Assembly (NCBI GenBank): GCA_045837725.1
Contig: JBEWZL010000108.1
Span: forward strand, 1-64,000
Direction of reading: 5' to 3'
Length of the DNA stretch: 64,000 nucleotides
From: Vermamoeba vermiformis
Lineage: Eukaryota
This document shows, in pieces, positions 19,970 to 33,656 of the stretch (the stretch's first letter is position 1; each line of letters opens with the position of its first letter). The notes below the pieces were generated by a model. It was not told the origin of the DNA, searched no databases, and worked only from the letters and a program-made list of their open reading frames with translations. Position numbers and translations under genes: made by a program.

Positions 19970-22655
19970 ATGTCCTCTAATGACGGAAAGAAACACCGAT
20001 TAAGAGGCGTCTTGGGCCGCATCAAGGTAATTATCTTGCATATTCATATATTTTTAAATAGAGCCGCGCTAATGATTATTTGAATGGCAGGAAAAGATGC
20101 ATGTTGGCGGCAAATCAGAGAAATCAACCTCGCCTCCCAAGCGCACCATCGAGACTACTGAAGTCAAAACCACCCCTTTGGACAGCGACTTGGCTCGTGA
20201 AGTCCCCGCTTCACCTCCTTCTTCGCCTCAAGTCTTCGATACTGGTACGTACCAGATTCGAATTTCAAATTGCGCAATTTTGACCGGAAATTGACATTAT
20301 AATATTAGGCTTGAGACGCGACAGAGATTATATTGGTAGCCCTACCATGTTGAGAACCAACTTGGCTCCTGCACCCATTGTTACTGTCACTCCAAGCGAT
20401 CGTGCACCGATCATCACCACCACTCAAACCCCGAGCACCACCGTCGTCGCTCCCGTTGTTGCTATTCCCGCAACGACTACTACCACTGTCACCACTACTG
20501 TAGTCGAGCCTGGTCTTCCTCTCGCTGGTGCACCTTTGGTGAATCCAGTTGGTAAGTGCCAGACAAATATTTCTTGCCAACAACATGAGCTAATTGCGTT
20601 CTGATATTTTTAGCCGACCAAATTAAGCAGAAGGGAATTCAAAGAGAATTCATGGACAAGTTGGGCTCTGCTCATCTGTTGTCCTCCGAGACTATCGACC
20701 ACCAACTCGGTCTTGATCAACCTAAATTCGACACTCCTTTGAAGCCAGTGCAAGAGGAGTTGACCCAAGTCGCTTGGCAAAAGCAAGCTACTGGTGCCTT
20801 CGCTGACATCGAAGAGCGCGTGGCCTCGAATAACAACTTCCAACAAATGAGCAGTACGTACCGAACTTAGTTCTGCGTCTAAAAATAGATTTTTAACATT
20901 GCAATCATTTACAGACATGGACCAACGCACCCTCGTGCAACAAGAATTCCAAGAACGATTGCAACAACACCCCACTCCCTCCGACATTACCGAGCACATC
21001 GAATCTCGATTGCAAAACAAGGGCACTCCTGTCAGCGGCGAGACTCCCCTCGAGCAAGTGCAACAAGAATTCATCTCCACTGTGCGCGCTAATCCTCCTT
21101 CGTCGACCATCGGCGAGTACATCGATCAACGCGTGCAAAATCACAAGCCCGTGTCCTCTGGCACTACTCCCATGGAACAAGTTCAACAAGAGTTCCAACA
21201 AAAGTTGGCCACCAATCCTCCTTCCTCTATGATCACTGAGTACGTCGACTCGCGTGTCTTGCACCACCAAACACCGAGCGGCACTACGCCCATGGAACAA
21301 GTGCAACAAGAGTTCCAACAAAAGCTGCAAGAGAAGCCTATTCCTCCTGGCGTCTCCGAGTGGGTCGACAGAACTGCAAGACAACCCGTCTTGACTGAGG
21401 ACAACAGTAAGTACATTTTGAACTTTCTCATCGATCGGAACACGTGCTAATGTCGCGGTATTATTAGCTCCTATGAATCAAGTTCAAGGTGAATTCATGA
21501 ACAAGCTCTCTGAGCGCGGTGCCACCAACTCCGAGTACATTGACTACCGCGTACAGCAATCTATGGCCGCTATTCCCAGTAAGTTTACACTTTCAGCATT
21601 TGCACACATATTGTTTATTAACAATAACGTTTACATTAGAGTCTGGACCTACTCCAATGGAGCAAGTTCAACGCGAATTCAAGCAAAAGTTGGAGGAGAC
21701 TCCAATCTACTCCGAAGATATTGAGCACGACGTCCAAGAAGCTCGTGATCGCAAGGCCTTCATCCGAGGCGAGAACCGCACCACTCCCATGGAAGTCGTG
21801 CAAGAAGAGTTCATCGAGAAGCTCGGTGAGCACTTAGTCACTCGTCCTTTGTTCTTGACCGAGAAGATTGACCGCGACACCGCCGTGCACCGCGAAGAAA
21901 TGAAGCACCGCCCCTCTGAGATCACTCCCATCGAGAAGGTCGAGAGCGAGTTCATGTCCAAGCTGATCAAGATGCCCATGAGAACCACCAACGAAATCGA
22001 ACAAGAAGTCAAGCAAAACGTCTCTCTCACTAACGCGTTGTTGCCTTCCTCCGAGAAGACCCCCGTTGAAGAGATCAACGCTGAAATCCAAACCACTTTG
22101 AGAAACAGAAGCATTCCCGCTACCATCTCTAGCGACATTGATGCTCGCGTTGAGAAGAACCGCAAGATGGACAAGTTTATGGAATGGAAGATGCAAGACT
22201 TGATGGAAGACACTTGGAACAACCCGGGAAAGAAGAAGTACACCGACCTCGAAATCGAATCTTTGATCCTCGGTTCAATGACTTTGAAGGACGAGCTCAA
22301 CCGCGACATTTTGCGCATGGGTGATCGTGTTTTGAACGGTCAAACAGGTCGCATTCTCAGCCCTCAATCTGTCAAGAACGTCTTGTTCATGGAGAAGCGC
22401 AAGCACATCACCACTCAGCAACAACTCTACGAGTGGTTCTTGTTCATGTTGCAAATCGCTCTCTTCCCTATTTGGTTGTTAGTCAAGCTGTACGGCCGAG
22501 TTAGCGAGAAGGTTAGCCCAGTCGTGTACAAGTACTGGCCCAGCCGAGATCGCACTCAACGTCTGCAAGCTGCTCAAGAGGCTGAGAAGGTCGTCGAGAA
22601 CGTCACCGACCCCTTGAAGCAAGCTAACGCTCCTTATCCCAATCCCTACCTTTAA
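19970..22655 (+). CDS. Multi-exon protein with ~38-aa TPMEQVQQEF helical repeats and a C-terminal hydrophobic segment
   Basis: Starts MSSNDGKKHRL at 19970. About 10 repeats of TP(M/L)EQVQQEF.QKL...I.E.ID.RV. WFLFMLQIALFPIWLLV near the C-terminus. Strong codon bias. Confidence 0.8.
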
Positions 22656-22712
22656 GCTAAAATCTGTTAATATTGTTTAATAAATCTTATTTAATTTATT
22701 TCAGTTCGAATT

Positions 22713-25700
22713 TTATTTGTAGGCATTACTACTTTGGTTCGAAGTTTGAGCTAACGATTCAAAAGCCAAATAATGTTCTTCTTTTGTGATTTTGTACTGT
22801 GCCCCCACACTGCTAAGCCGTTCGAAAGAAACTTCACAGTCCTCTCCTTTGTAAGCTTGCCAGAGCTTCTCAAACTGAAGACCATCGTGAACAAAAATCA
22901 TCGCCTGATTGTCTTGCTTGTCTCCGTTGGCAAGGCGCCGCATAATACGTCCCACGAACTGTATGTACTTTGATAGACTCTTGATTTGTGAGCCAGCAAG
23001 CACAGCTATGGTGAACTCTTTATGGTCATAACCTTCGCCGAGCATCTTGCTTTGAACGACAACGTCTATTTGGTGCTGCTCTATTCTGCTCTTGCTTTCA
23101 GAGCCAGGCTTGGAATGGAAGGCAGCAGCCTGCAATGGTTAGCGACAAATTGTGAAAAGAGTTGACCTACTTTTAAGATTGAAGGCAGTCGTTTTTCTTT
23201 GAACAACTTCTGCGCAATCTGATTGTAGAACTTGGTCACTGTGACGGTATCATCGATCGAATCGCAGTACACGATGATTTTGTGGTGTACGCGTGATTGA
23301 GAAGATACACGCTTCTCATGTAATTTCAGCAAGCTTTCCGTCAGCAATATTTCAACACTTGGGGCAATCGCTGCAATATCTGGTTAGACGCTGAACATCA
23401 TTTAGGAGATTACCTTCTGGTGATATGTAACGACGACTGCGCTCGTCCTTGCCATCTTGTCTTTGACCAAGGATAGCCATTGAGAACTCTTTGAGGGGGA
23501 AATAATCGTTGATCAAACTTGCTTCCTTCACCAACCACGATGATTTAGCAGCCCTTTTTTTGTCTGCAACCTACATACATATTAATGATTGCGCGGCCTC
23601 CTTGGTACGTACCTCAAAATTATTGCTTTTGCTGTGACATTCTCCACAACGATAATAGACTGTATCATCGTCTGGATTGAATTCAACCATCTCCTTTTTG
23701 TTCTTGATCAATTTTCCGCACATTTCGCAAGTGAAATTGCCAAGTTTTGCGGGAGCAGCTGACAAACCACTGATGCGCATATTGCGTGCTCTGATAGTAA
23801 CGTGACTAATATCTTTGATAATCTTTGCTTTCAGCGCATCTTGTATTGAATAGTTGAATATCTGTATCGCTCCGTCCTCGCCTCCGAGTTTCTTTTGATC
23901 TGTTCGAAAAGGCGTAGCTGTCAACAATATTTTTTTAGCACCTGGGAACAGGTTGTAAATTGCTTGATATGAATCTGCGGCGTCATGATGCGCCTCGTCT
24001 ACAATAATCATGTCGATGTGTAATCGAGAGAGCATTTGCAGAGTGCCGTTGTCTCGCACTTTCTTTCCTTGCGTAAGTTTTTGGTAATTGCACACAATGT
24101 AGTTCGCTCGTTTGCAGCATTCCATCATATCCTTCAAGGACTCTTTGTCTTTGAAAATCGCAACCGATGGCAACGCACTCGGATGAAGTAAATTGTAGCG
24201 TTCAAACATCGAGATTTCGTTTCGTTTTCGAGAGCCAATCAATGCTTTCTTAAACTCGCGAGAGATAAGTGGACTGGTGGTCAGAATTAGCACTTTGTTC
24301 TTGGCTGCGAGGAAAGGCAGAAGGCAACCAAGTACTGAGTTCGAGATCAGTTATCATGTGCAGACAATGAAAAGGTATTACCTGTCTTTCCAGCGCCAGT
24401 GGGCAACTTGATAACTGCCGACACATTTGACTTTGCCTTGTACGCGTGATTCAGATAGCAGACATACGCGAGGTATTGACATATTCTCAAGTGAGAGCCT
24501 TGATTGTTGACAAACCTAGCACGATGAGCAGGCCAGGTAGTCTCATAGAACTCGTGCTGTGAATGGTACTTGCGCTTCACTTCCACGTCACACTCTTCGA
24601 GCTTGACTGACAGCATCAACCCTTGTTGGAAATATTCGCTCGAGCGTTTAGCTTCCAAGTCAATGACATGTGTCGCATGTTGTGCTAGAATGTGTTAGCA
24701 TGTGAATATCAGTCACAAAGTACCTACCTTCAGTACGCAAAGGAGGGTCTTGTATAGCCTCTGCAATAAACTTGTAGTGTCCTGCTTTGTCAAATTTGAT
24801 GTTTTTGAAGATCGCCGTTCGCGACTTTCCAGATAATGGCAAAATCATTCGCTTGGCTAGTGGAGGCTCAGTTTTTAATTCGACTTGTACGTTTGCATCT
24901 GCCGAACCATGGACGACTATCATGGCAATCGGTGAATAAACCTGTGCAGTTTGTGGTGGCCCGTACTTGATATCAAAATAAAGTTGTTGTGTTGGAATAC
25001 TGTCGAAGGCAGCTGCAATTCAATTAGTTAAGGCTACTTGATCTGAAAAAGACTTACCTTTTTCGAATTCTATGTACAGCTTGTGTGTTTTGTCGTCCAA
25101 CTCTTCATCGTCAGTGTGAAAGATTTTTGCGACAACGGCGCTGTCCTTCAGTGAATAACCTAGTGGCATATTAGTAAAGTAATTACAGTAACATTGCGCG
25201 TACCAAGTGCAAGGCTGGTGTCGTGCTCTGTGACGGAACTCAGGCGTAAGACTTTACCAAATTGTTTCGCTCCGAGCTCTGGACGTTGTTCAAGCATGTA
25301 TTTAACATCGCCTGCCAACATCGTTAGCTATGTTCTATTCCATTGCCTAAACCTACCAAGTGTCGCAAACTTTCTCATGTTGAGAGTCTTGAATGGTAAC
25401 CGCGAGATTTGATCGTTAATCTTGCCGTACAAATCAAACGAAGAAACGAAGTACTTGCGCCACTCAACTTTCTTCGTTCCTTTGATCTCTTTCGTTTGAA
25501 CTTTCTTGTGCAGAAATCGATTGCACTTGATCACCCATAATCCGTTGAAATCACAAAGGTCATTGAACTTCATGTCTTCGAATATTGGGTACTCTGGATA
25601 CGTGATTAGCGGTAGATTCAATGACTCTAGTACTTTGTTGCGCTGTTTGATGGCCTCCAAGTTAATTAAAACGCACGAATAGACTTGGTCGCGAACAAAC

Positions 25701-28627
25701 GGCTTCTTGTAAATGTGTTGAAATTGACCGCAACGAGCGATACCAATCACTCCATAATTACTTGGCGATCCAATTTGTAAATCAGAACTCTGTATTGGAT
25801 CCATAATCGTTGCCAAACGAGCCTTCATCGCCTGCTGAGTGATCAATGCATTTTGGCTATGAGGACCATCATTGTACACGTCGAAATACTCGCCTTTTGG
25901 CAGCTGAGAAAGGCACGTGCTCGCTGAATACTTTTCTGGTCTTGTATTTTGATGGCCCGAGAAAATATCTTCAATGCCTTTCAGCACATCGGTGATATGA
26001 CATTTCTCGTACTGTGTCGTAAGTCTATTCAACTGATAGAAAGAGTGCACGTTGTCATCCACCAGCCAGATTTTCTTCAGGTTTAATCGGTCAGCAACGG
26101 CCATGATGACTTTTCGAGCAAATCCAATGCCATTACTATCACTGCCAGTGCCAAAGTACAACGGCAATGCCATGATAATATGGCTAGATCCCCAAACTTG
26201 TTGATATTGCTCGAACTGAACACCAGATCTGACTACAATGACTTGCGTGTACGACGACTTGTTTTCGGGCGTTGAATAATCCAACTTTGCATTCGCTGAT
26301 CGATTATGAGAAGGGTTGAAGATCCAATGTTTGATGTCGTTCCTTTGTTCTTCGTTAGCGCCAATAATGTACTTGTCCGAGATGTAGAATGGACCCGCAT
26401 TTAGCATGCAATATTCATAGACTTGAGATGGAACGCTGAACAATACTGTGGTACTACTCATCTCCAAATGAAGGACCTGTCCGGTAAACTCCTTAGGGAA
26501 ACGAGACCTTGGTACCTCGGCCTCTTTGAAGGCGCCATCATTCTCTTTGAATTCTATTGTAAGACTGGAATCTCTTAGTGGACTATCTCCAAGCGCGAAT
26601 AGAACATTGATCGTCACAGGTTTGACTTTTAATATCTCGTCTATTGGAAGTCTAAAGCTCGCCTTCTTACTCGTTAAAACTTGAGCCTTGCACTCAGACA
26701 GCGTTTTTCCGTTGTCGGTCTTAAGTATTACTCGCACTGGGGCTTTAAACATGCTCTGGTTGCACGTTATGATCACGGGAGGTGTTGACTTTGTTAGTCG
26801 GGAAAGATTAAATGCACATGTTGACAGTAAAAACATTGGTTCGACTTCAACTGGCAGATCTTCGTGTACTTGTTCCACGCTATTGTCGTCACCAGGTGTC
26901 TACTATATCATTAGTATCTGCAATAACTCAATAAGTATCAACCTGACAAAAGAAATCATACCGCGCTCTCGTTATTTAGACGCAAGTAGTTCTCTTTCTC
27001 CTTCAACCAGTTCACTTTTGGCGTGTACAGCCCGTACTTGCCGGCACTAACATTCCAAGATGCTCCTCGCTTCCAGTGACAAAGTGGAGGCTGAGCCGCT
27101 ATGTCCTTCCAATACGGAACTTGCCAATTATCATCCGTGCTCGGCTGGACTTTAGGCATTGTTGCGTCATCTTTTTTTACAACAGCAACTGTAACATAGT
27201 CGGTCGATACCCTAGGATACGTCAGTTTAAGAGCATTTGCAGTACCGAGCGTCACCTACGTGTTACCATTTTGCTCGAACTCTCCCGCGGCCTCGATTTT
27301 ACCATTCGTGATGATGTCCCAAACCTTCATTTTGATAAGATTGTCGGATAGATCAACGATAGAAAAGGTATCCAAAGGTTCCGCAGCCATTCTAAGCACA
27401 ATCCGAGTGAAGGATTTGAGACCTATACCAGCTATCGTGATGATAGCGCTCGTCGAGTCAACCAGCTGTTTCGAGCGAAATATTCTCGCAATATCCTCTA
27501 GGCCAGGGTTACATAATTATGAGCATTATAGTAAGGTACTTACGCTTCGCCAGTTGAGTTTTAACTTGCTGATAGTTCAATAAAACTTCGTCTTTAATGC
27601 CGTCCACCGTTATTCCTACTCCGCGGCTTGTCACTGAACTAACCACGCACTGGAATTGTGCTTCGTTGTACTCGATAATAGCTCTTTCTTTCGGTTTAAA
27701 GCCGTAGAAAGTTTCTGGATCTAACAACCGTGAGCGTTAAATTTTGATTGCTGCATCATTGACCTACCTGTCTTAACCAGATTTGATAGAACTTCGGCAA
27801 GTCCAGCCACTTGAATCCAATCTGCCATTTCAGGCTTATCATAATTCTCTACCCAAATCCAATCGCTCATGTCTTTGATAACGACGTGATACTTTTCCTG
27901 ACCCTCTGTATAACAGTAAGTCAGAGCGACTCTACAACACTACAATACGATCTTACCGATCAAAATAGCCAAGTCCCCTTCTTTAAAACCGCTTTCGCCT
28001 CTTGTGCCTTTTGCAAGCCGAGCTGGAACATCTTGTGTTCGAATTACTTCGTTTGCTTGGTCAGAATATCCGACATAGTTTATTGTAATTGTTAATGCAG
28101 TAACGCTTTTGATTTGAGCGGAGAAATATTTGCGCAGTGGTTCATAAAGAACAGCGACCATCTCTCCTTCGCGTAAAGGATCGCTTTTCGCGTTGAAATC
28201 GTTCATTAAATTTCGCTCGAGCTTTTGTGGGGTCTGAAATCCTCCAGGGCTGCTCTTGTAAGTGGTATTGCTGCAGTAAAAATCGAATTTAAAATTCAAT
28301 CGGCAATTGAAAAAGAATTTACAATTTTATTTGTGCTTACCTAACCTTGGGAGAACTTGATATTACATTTGTAGGGCTTTTAAGAGGTGATTGAGATTTT
28401 TTGCGAATTTTGGTCAAACTGTTTTTAGATGGCGATCCAAGCTTTCGGTTTGCCTTCATATCGGAATGAGACGCATAAATAAATGATGAACTGCCGTTGC
28501 GTTTTGCAATGTAAACTTTTGACTTGTATAAAACGAGATCGCCCGACTCGAATTCGCCTGCAACGGTTTCGTATTTGTTGGGATCATAATCATCGAAGCA
28601 GTCCTTAGTAGGACCTGACTTCTCCAT
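22713..28627 (-). CDS. Multidomain protein: Tudor/Agenet-like barrels + GREB1/TAGT-like glycosyltransferase + SF2 (ResIII/UvsW-like) helicase with Zn ribbon
   Basis: All 13 introns splice in frame by manual check. GT motifs: VIVVR..QFEQY, GIGFARK, WLVDDNV, YGVIG, CVLINL, EDMKFN..C..NGLWVIKCNRFLHKK. Helicase motifs: PTGAGKT, DEAHH, TATP, MLGEGYD, QFVGRIMR. CEMC/CGEC insert. Confidence 0.85.
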
Positions 28628-28762
28628 TTGTCACCTTAATTACATTAATGTTGTTTCTGTTGCAGCAAAAAACAATTTATGCCTGAGGCCACTTCAGGGT
28701 AACAATACAAATGTTTATATAATATACGAATTGGTTTAAATAGAAAATACAAGCACGCAACT

Positions 28763-31700
28763 TTAGTTCTTGCCGGGCTTGAGGAACTTGCCGAGTTGGT
28801 TCCATGAATAGATCTCGCGCATCTGGAACCACGACACGAAGTAGAAAGAGAAGCAAGCAATCAAACCTAAGTATAACACGTTAGTACTCGGCAGTGCTAA
28901 TATGAAACAATAATACTTACTCAAATACATCAACAAGATGTAGATAATAAGGCATGCCAAAGTAGCTTGGTCGTTGGTTTTGATGTCCGGGTTAAGGAAA
29001 GCAAAAACGAACGGAATGGCGAGCAAGTTAAGTCCGTTGCAAACCAACTCCAAGATCTGCTCCAAGTAGTCGGCGTGGGGCTTAACAATGATAATAGCCA
29101 AGAGGTACAACACGAAGATGACGACCACAAGGGACAATTGCACAGTCATGTTATTGACGAAGAAGCCAATGGCAATGCCGAGCAACAACTTCTTGCCCCA
29201 AGGCAACCAAGTCCAAGCGACCTTTTGGAAGGCAAAGCGGCCGTAGTAAGGGAAGACACGGGACTTGAAAGTCTCCTCAAACAACTTCTTCTTTTCAGCC
29301 TGTTACGAGTACTTAGTACGCGCTGAATTGATGGTCATAATAGTAGATTTTACCTTAACGACGACCAAAGTCATTATGACGGGGTAGCCAACACCGACAA
29401 CACCAAACAAAATTCCAGCCAAAGCTCCCATGCCAGGGCTAGATGAAGAGTTGACGAGTTGAGCAGTCGAAAAGACAACAAGACCGAAGTAGCCGAGTTC
29501 TACTACACGCAACAAGCAGTACACGAATCTGTCGCCCAAGGTCTGACTGATGTTGTCGCGCTTCTTAGCGACCCAAATGATGACGGAGAGCAAAAGACCA
29601 ACAAAAATCGCTCCAGCGGCAACACCCCACCAAATCAAATATTGAGTGAACAAGTTCTCGATAGGCGAGAAAGCATAAGTGAGGAATTGAGACACGGAGA
29701 GGATCTCACGCTGGCCGGTGGTCGCATCAACATTGACGATACGAGGGCCGGGCAACCAAGGCTGACCGAAACCGAGCAAAATCCATTGCCAGTAACTAAA
29801 GCATGAAATTAATACGTGTTTATATTTAAGAATCTACGGAGATATTCGTAAGATATTTGTGCTGTCTAAAAAATCGAACCAAATTACGACTTTGGGAACA
29901 TGCAACGGTACTCGTAGCTCACAATATTGAAACTACGAATGCATTTGTACTGCGGTATGATGCAGATGTGAAATACGAAATGGAAGGGAACTTACGTTGA
30001 GAAGTTAACGAAAATGCTTGGGAAGTCGTACGCGACCAAGCCAATGGCTGCAATCCACTGCGTTTGCCAAACCATGCTCTAATTGTAACGACCATTAGCA
30101 AATTAATATCTTGACAAAGCGGCTGCTTACCCAAGCCTTCGACGATCTTTGGAAGCGGTACCACTCGGCACGCTTGCTAGGAACACCGTTGCTATCATGC
30201 TTAATCATAGTAATAATGCTGATGAGCAAGATGATACCAAGGAAACCAGTAAAGATGTAGTTCAAGATTGGAATACCAAGATCTGTCAAAAACGTAAAGT
30301 GAGATCAAGCACCAAAAATAACCCCAAAATAAATTAATTGAAATAAATACTTACTGGGGCAACCCAAGAAATAATAGTCACGGCATCCGGTTCCGTCCGC
30401 CGGGCCAACAACATTTCCGTCGACGCACACACCAGTAGATTCGCACCAACCGCAAGCTCCGGTGGAAGTGCAGTCGCTGCAAGTAAAGCGCTTATCACAA
30501 GGAGTGGGTTGGGCTATCAAATTAATGGAACGCAATGTTAGTTAAGAGGCAATGGGAAACAAAATCCGCATCCGTGGCGGAGTTCATGAAGCAAACCCCA
30601 TCTTTCAAATCGACTAAAAGTCGCACAGTTGAATACTCGAGCGATATAAGACTCGATTTGAAAGGAGTGTGAGCGTAAACTACTACATCCACACTTACCA
30701 ACGCTGCAATCTGAACCTTCCCATCCTTCGCTGCACTCGCAAGCAATAGGTTCGCCGTTCTCGTATTTGCAAGTACCACGGTCAGGAGAAGTGCAGTTGT
30801 TAGGGCATTGCTTAATGGTGCAATCGTAGTTGGTCCATTCAGGTTCGCAATTGCACGTCGCGTTTGCGCAAGTACCATGACCGTTGCAACTCGGATCAGG
30901 GCAATTCACTGCAATTCAAGTCAAGTGAATTTTCAGTTTTGGATTGAAGTGCTTTTTGGCTCATCCAGAGATTAAGTTGTTAGGCCGTACAAATATCGGG
31001 TCCGGCAAAAGTTCTTGTTTATACGAAATTAGGTTTGTCATCCTGTCAAGTGTGTAAAAAGCCCAACAAGACTAAAAATCACTTGCCTTGAATGGCATCA
31101 GTAAGCGTGTAATGTCAGATGTCGGGTAGAATTCAATTCCATGACGTGACTCTCGTGTGTTTCAGATGTCACGTGTGTATGACTTTACACGTAGACTGGA
31201 CCCGCAGTCCTGAGCCCCTACGCTATTATAAAGCGCAACTAATCGCGATAATATTCATAAAGTAGAGCAAATAATCGAGTAAATAGCCGTGTAAAGGAGA
31301 AGGCGACTGTTTCAATAACTTACAGAATTGGCACCAAGGCTGCATCCAGTCCAAAGTGTAGCCGAAAGCTTGACCAGTCGTGCAATTGCAAGTTCTATAG
31401 ATGCATTCTCCATGGCCAAAGCAGTCGCTGAGGCAGGGATCTGGATCCAGATTTAGAAAGTGGTAAACCGAGGAAAGTCAGCAATAAATAAATTACCTGC
31501 ACCAGAAATAGTAATAGCAGATGGTGACACGGAGAGAGGATCGATAGTACCGAACCAAACTACGTTGCGCTTGAGATCAATTGCCGCGGTATCCAAGCCT
31601 TGACTGGATGCGTCAGGCAAGAAATAAGCAGTCTCGCGAACAAATCGAGTCAAATCAATTTGAATAACACGGCTAGGTGTTTGTTGTGTACCCAAATAGA

Positions 31701-33034
31701 GAAGACCGCCTAAAAAATAATTGAGTAAAAATAAAAATAATGACGAAAATAAAGCACTGTACCGGCTAAATTGTCTACAATGGCGCTAGTTGATACTAAG
31801 AAGTCATTGATTTCCAAGGTAATAGAGGTTTCGACGGCCCAACTGGTTAAATTAACTTTGTAGACTACAGCGGAATCAGATCGAGAGCTGCCAGCGGTAG
31901 TTGCGTACAAATGTCCGCGCAGTGAATCTACTTCAACAGTGGAAATACGTAAAGTAGAAGGAGCAACTTGAAGTTCAACGTAGAGTGAATTGGCAAAGTC
32001 GTTATCATTGGTTTGAATTTGAATAACCTTTCCGTCATTGGTAGCCACGTATAAATAGCTGTGGTAATAGCAGTAAGTCCAAAATGTGTTTACTAATATT
32101 ATTAGAGCAAGCAATTATTTTTAAACATTTTTCGACCGTTTTTGGGATCATACGAACCAACCGAAACAATTAATAATCAAATTAAATCAAAATTTCCACA
32201 TTAATTGCGGAATTACTTTTGCAATAATTACGGTGTCTACTTACCCAGTAAGAGCATCGCGAGCAAAGGGGCCACGAGAGATCGAATAGGTGCTGGTTAG
32301 CTTGTTGAAGACGACAGGGTCAGCGCTCCAATTGCCTATTTCGTATCGGGCAATATTTGATTGAGAAGTACTAAGTCATAAGTTAGTGAGCTGATTAACA
32401 GCATTTTAATTGGGTAAAATCCAGATGCGGATGCCCAATTTTTACGGGCCGAAAAAGAGACAACATATAAATTTGTCTTATATGTGTTCCCGTAAAGCGA
32501 ATTTTACCTGACCGAGGCGTAGTAAAGATACTTGTCAGATGCGACAACGGTATAGACACCAAGGAGGGAAGGGGCGGCCTTGGGATTACTAGCAGTCTCG
32601 TTGGGTAATTGCCATGCTGGAATTTCTTTGAGCGTTGCAAAGTCGAGAATGATAAGCTCGGGGTTGGCAGTTGAGTCGGATGCAACAATGATTCTATTGC
32701 GAGCAGCATCATAATATGGGGCAATAGGAAGGAAACCACCAGTAGCGAAGAACATGGTGCGAGCGCCAAGGGTAGTATTGGTTGTCGCATCGAGCCAGTT
32801 GTAATTGGCAAGATCAAAAACAACCATACCGTTCTTCGTGGCTAAAATAAGGATATCTTCATAGAGATATGAGTCTCTGAAGGAACCTATTTGACCATAT
32901 GTAGTTGCGTCAAAAGTAAATGAAGCCGCATACGCCGATCGAGTGGTTAGTTCTTGACCGAGCGCAGATGAGGCCCAAAAGCATAACACGAGGGCGAAGC
33001 AAATAACTGACAGGGCGCTTCGCCTTGAGTCCAT
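28763..33034 (-). CDS. SadA-like adhesion protein: signal peptide, beta-rich ectodomain, EGF and PSI repeats, multi-TM (TRP/FLC-like) C-terminus
   Basis: Starts MDSRRSALSVICFALVLC at 33034. EGF repeats CPDPSCNGHGTC and CPNNCTSPDRGTC; PSI CSDCTSTGACGWC. About 9 TM helices with YYGRF...KPH. Summed exons give roughly 950 aa. Confidence 0.72.
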
Positions 33035-33656
33035 TATTTGTGTTAGTTTGAATGCGAGCAATGAGTTAATGTTTTTGCTGTGCGCCCAAAAATGAACACT
33101 GACAAACGTCAAAATTTTATTGACGCACGCTTCGCGCATCAATAATAATCCAAAAAGCAATCAAATCATGAACCTCCGCATATCATGTTTAGCTTATTCG
33201 GTGCTATCGATAATCAATACACAAAGCAAAACATTAAACGCGCCGATAAAATCCGCGCAGAATGTTAATCAAATTTCCTAACGGATACAAAAGATATCGA
33301 TTACTTCACGTTTATAGGGTATACTGCTTATTCAATTTTTCTTTTTTTTTAACCCAAAAAAAAAAAAAAATTTTTTGGGCTCTTGGAAGTTGACATTTGA
33401 CGAGTGGGAAATTTCTCGCAGCCAGCCAATATTGACCAATAGGCGCGCTTTCCTGGGTTGATTGACAGCTCAAAAAAAACATAAATAGTCTGGGGGTTTG
33501 GAATCATTTTCTTTAACAATTTTGTTTTGAAGGCAACTTCTACTCTGTAAGTTTTTGGAAAGGGGGTTTTTTTCATGTTTGGCAATTGACTATTCCAAAT
33601 GTGACGCTAAACGGACATTTAATTAATCGGATTTGCTTTTTTATTATAGGCTAGCC

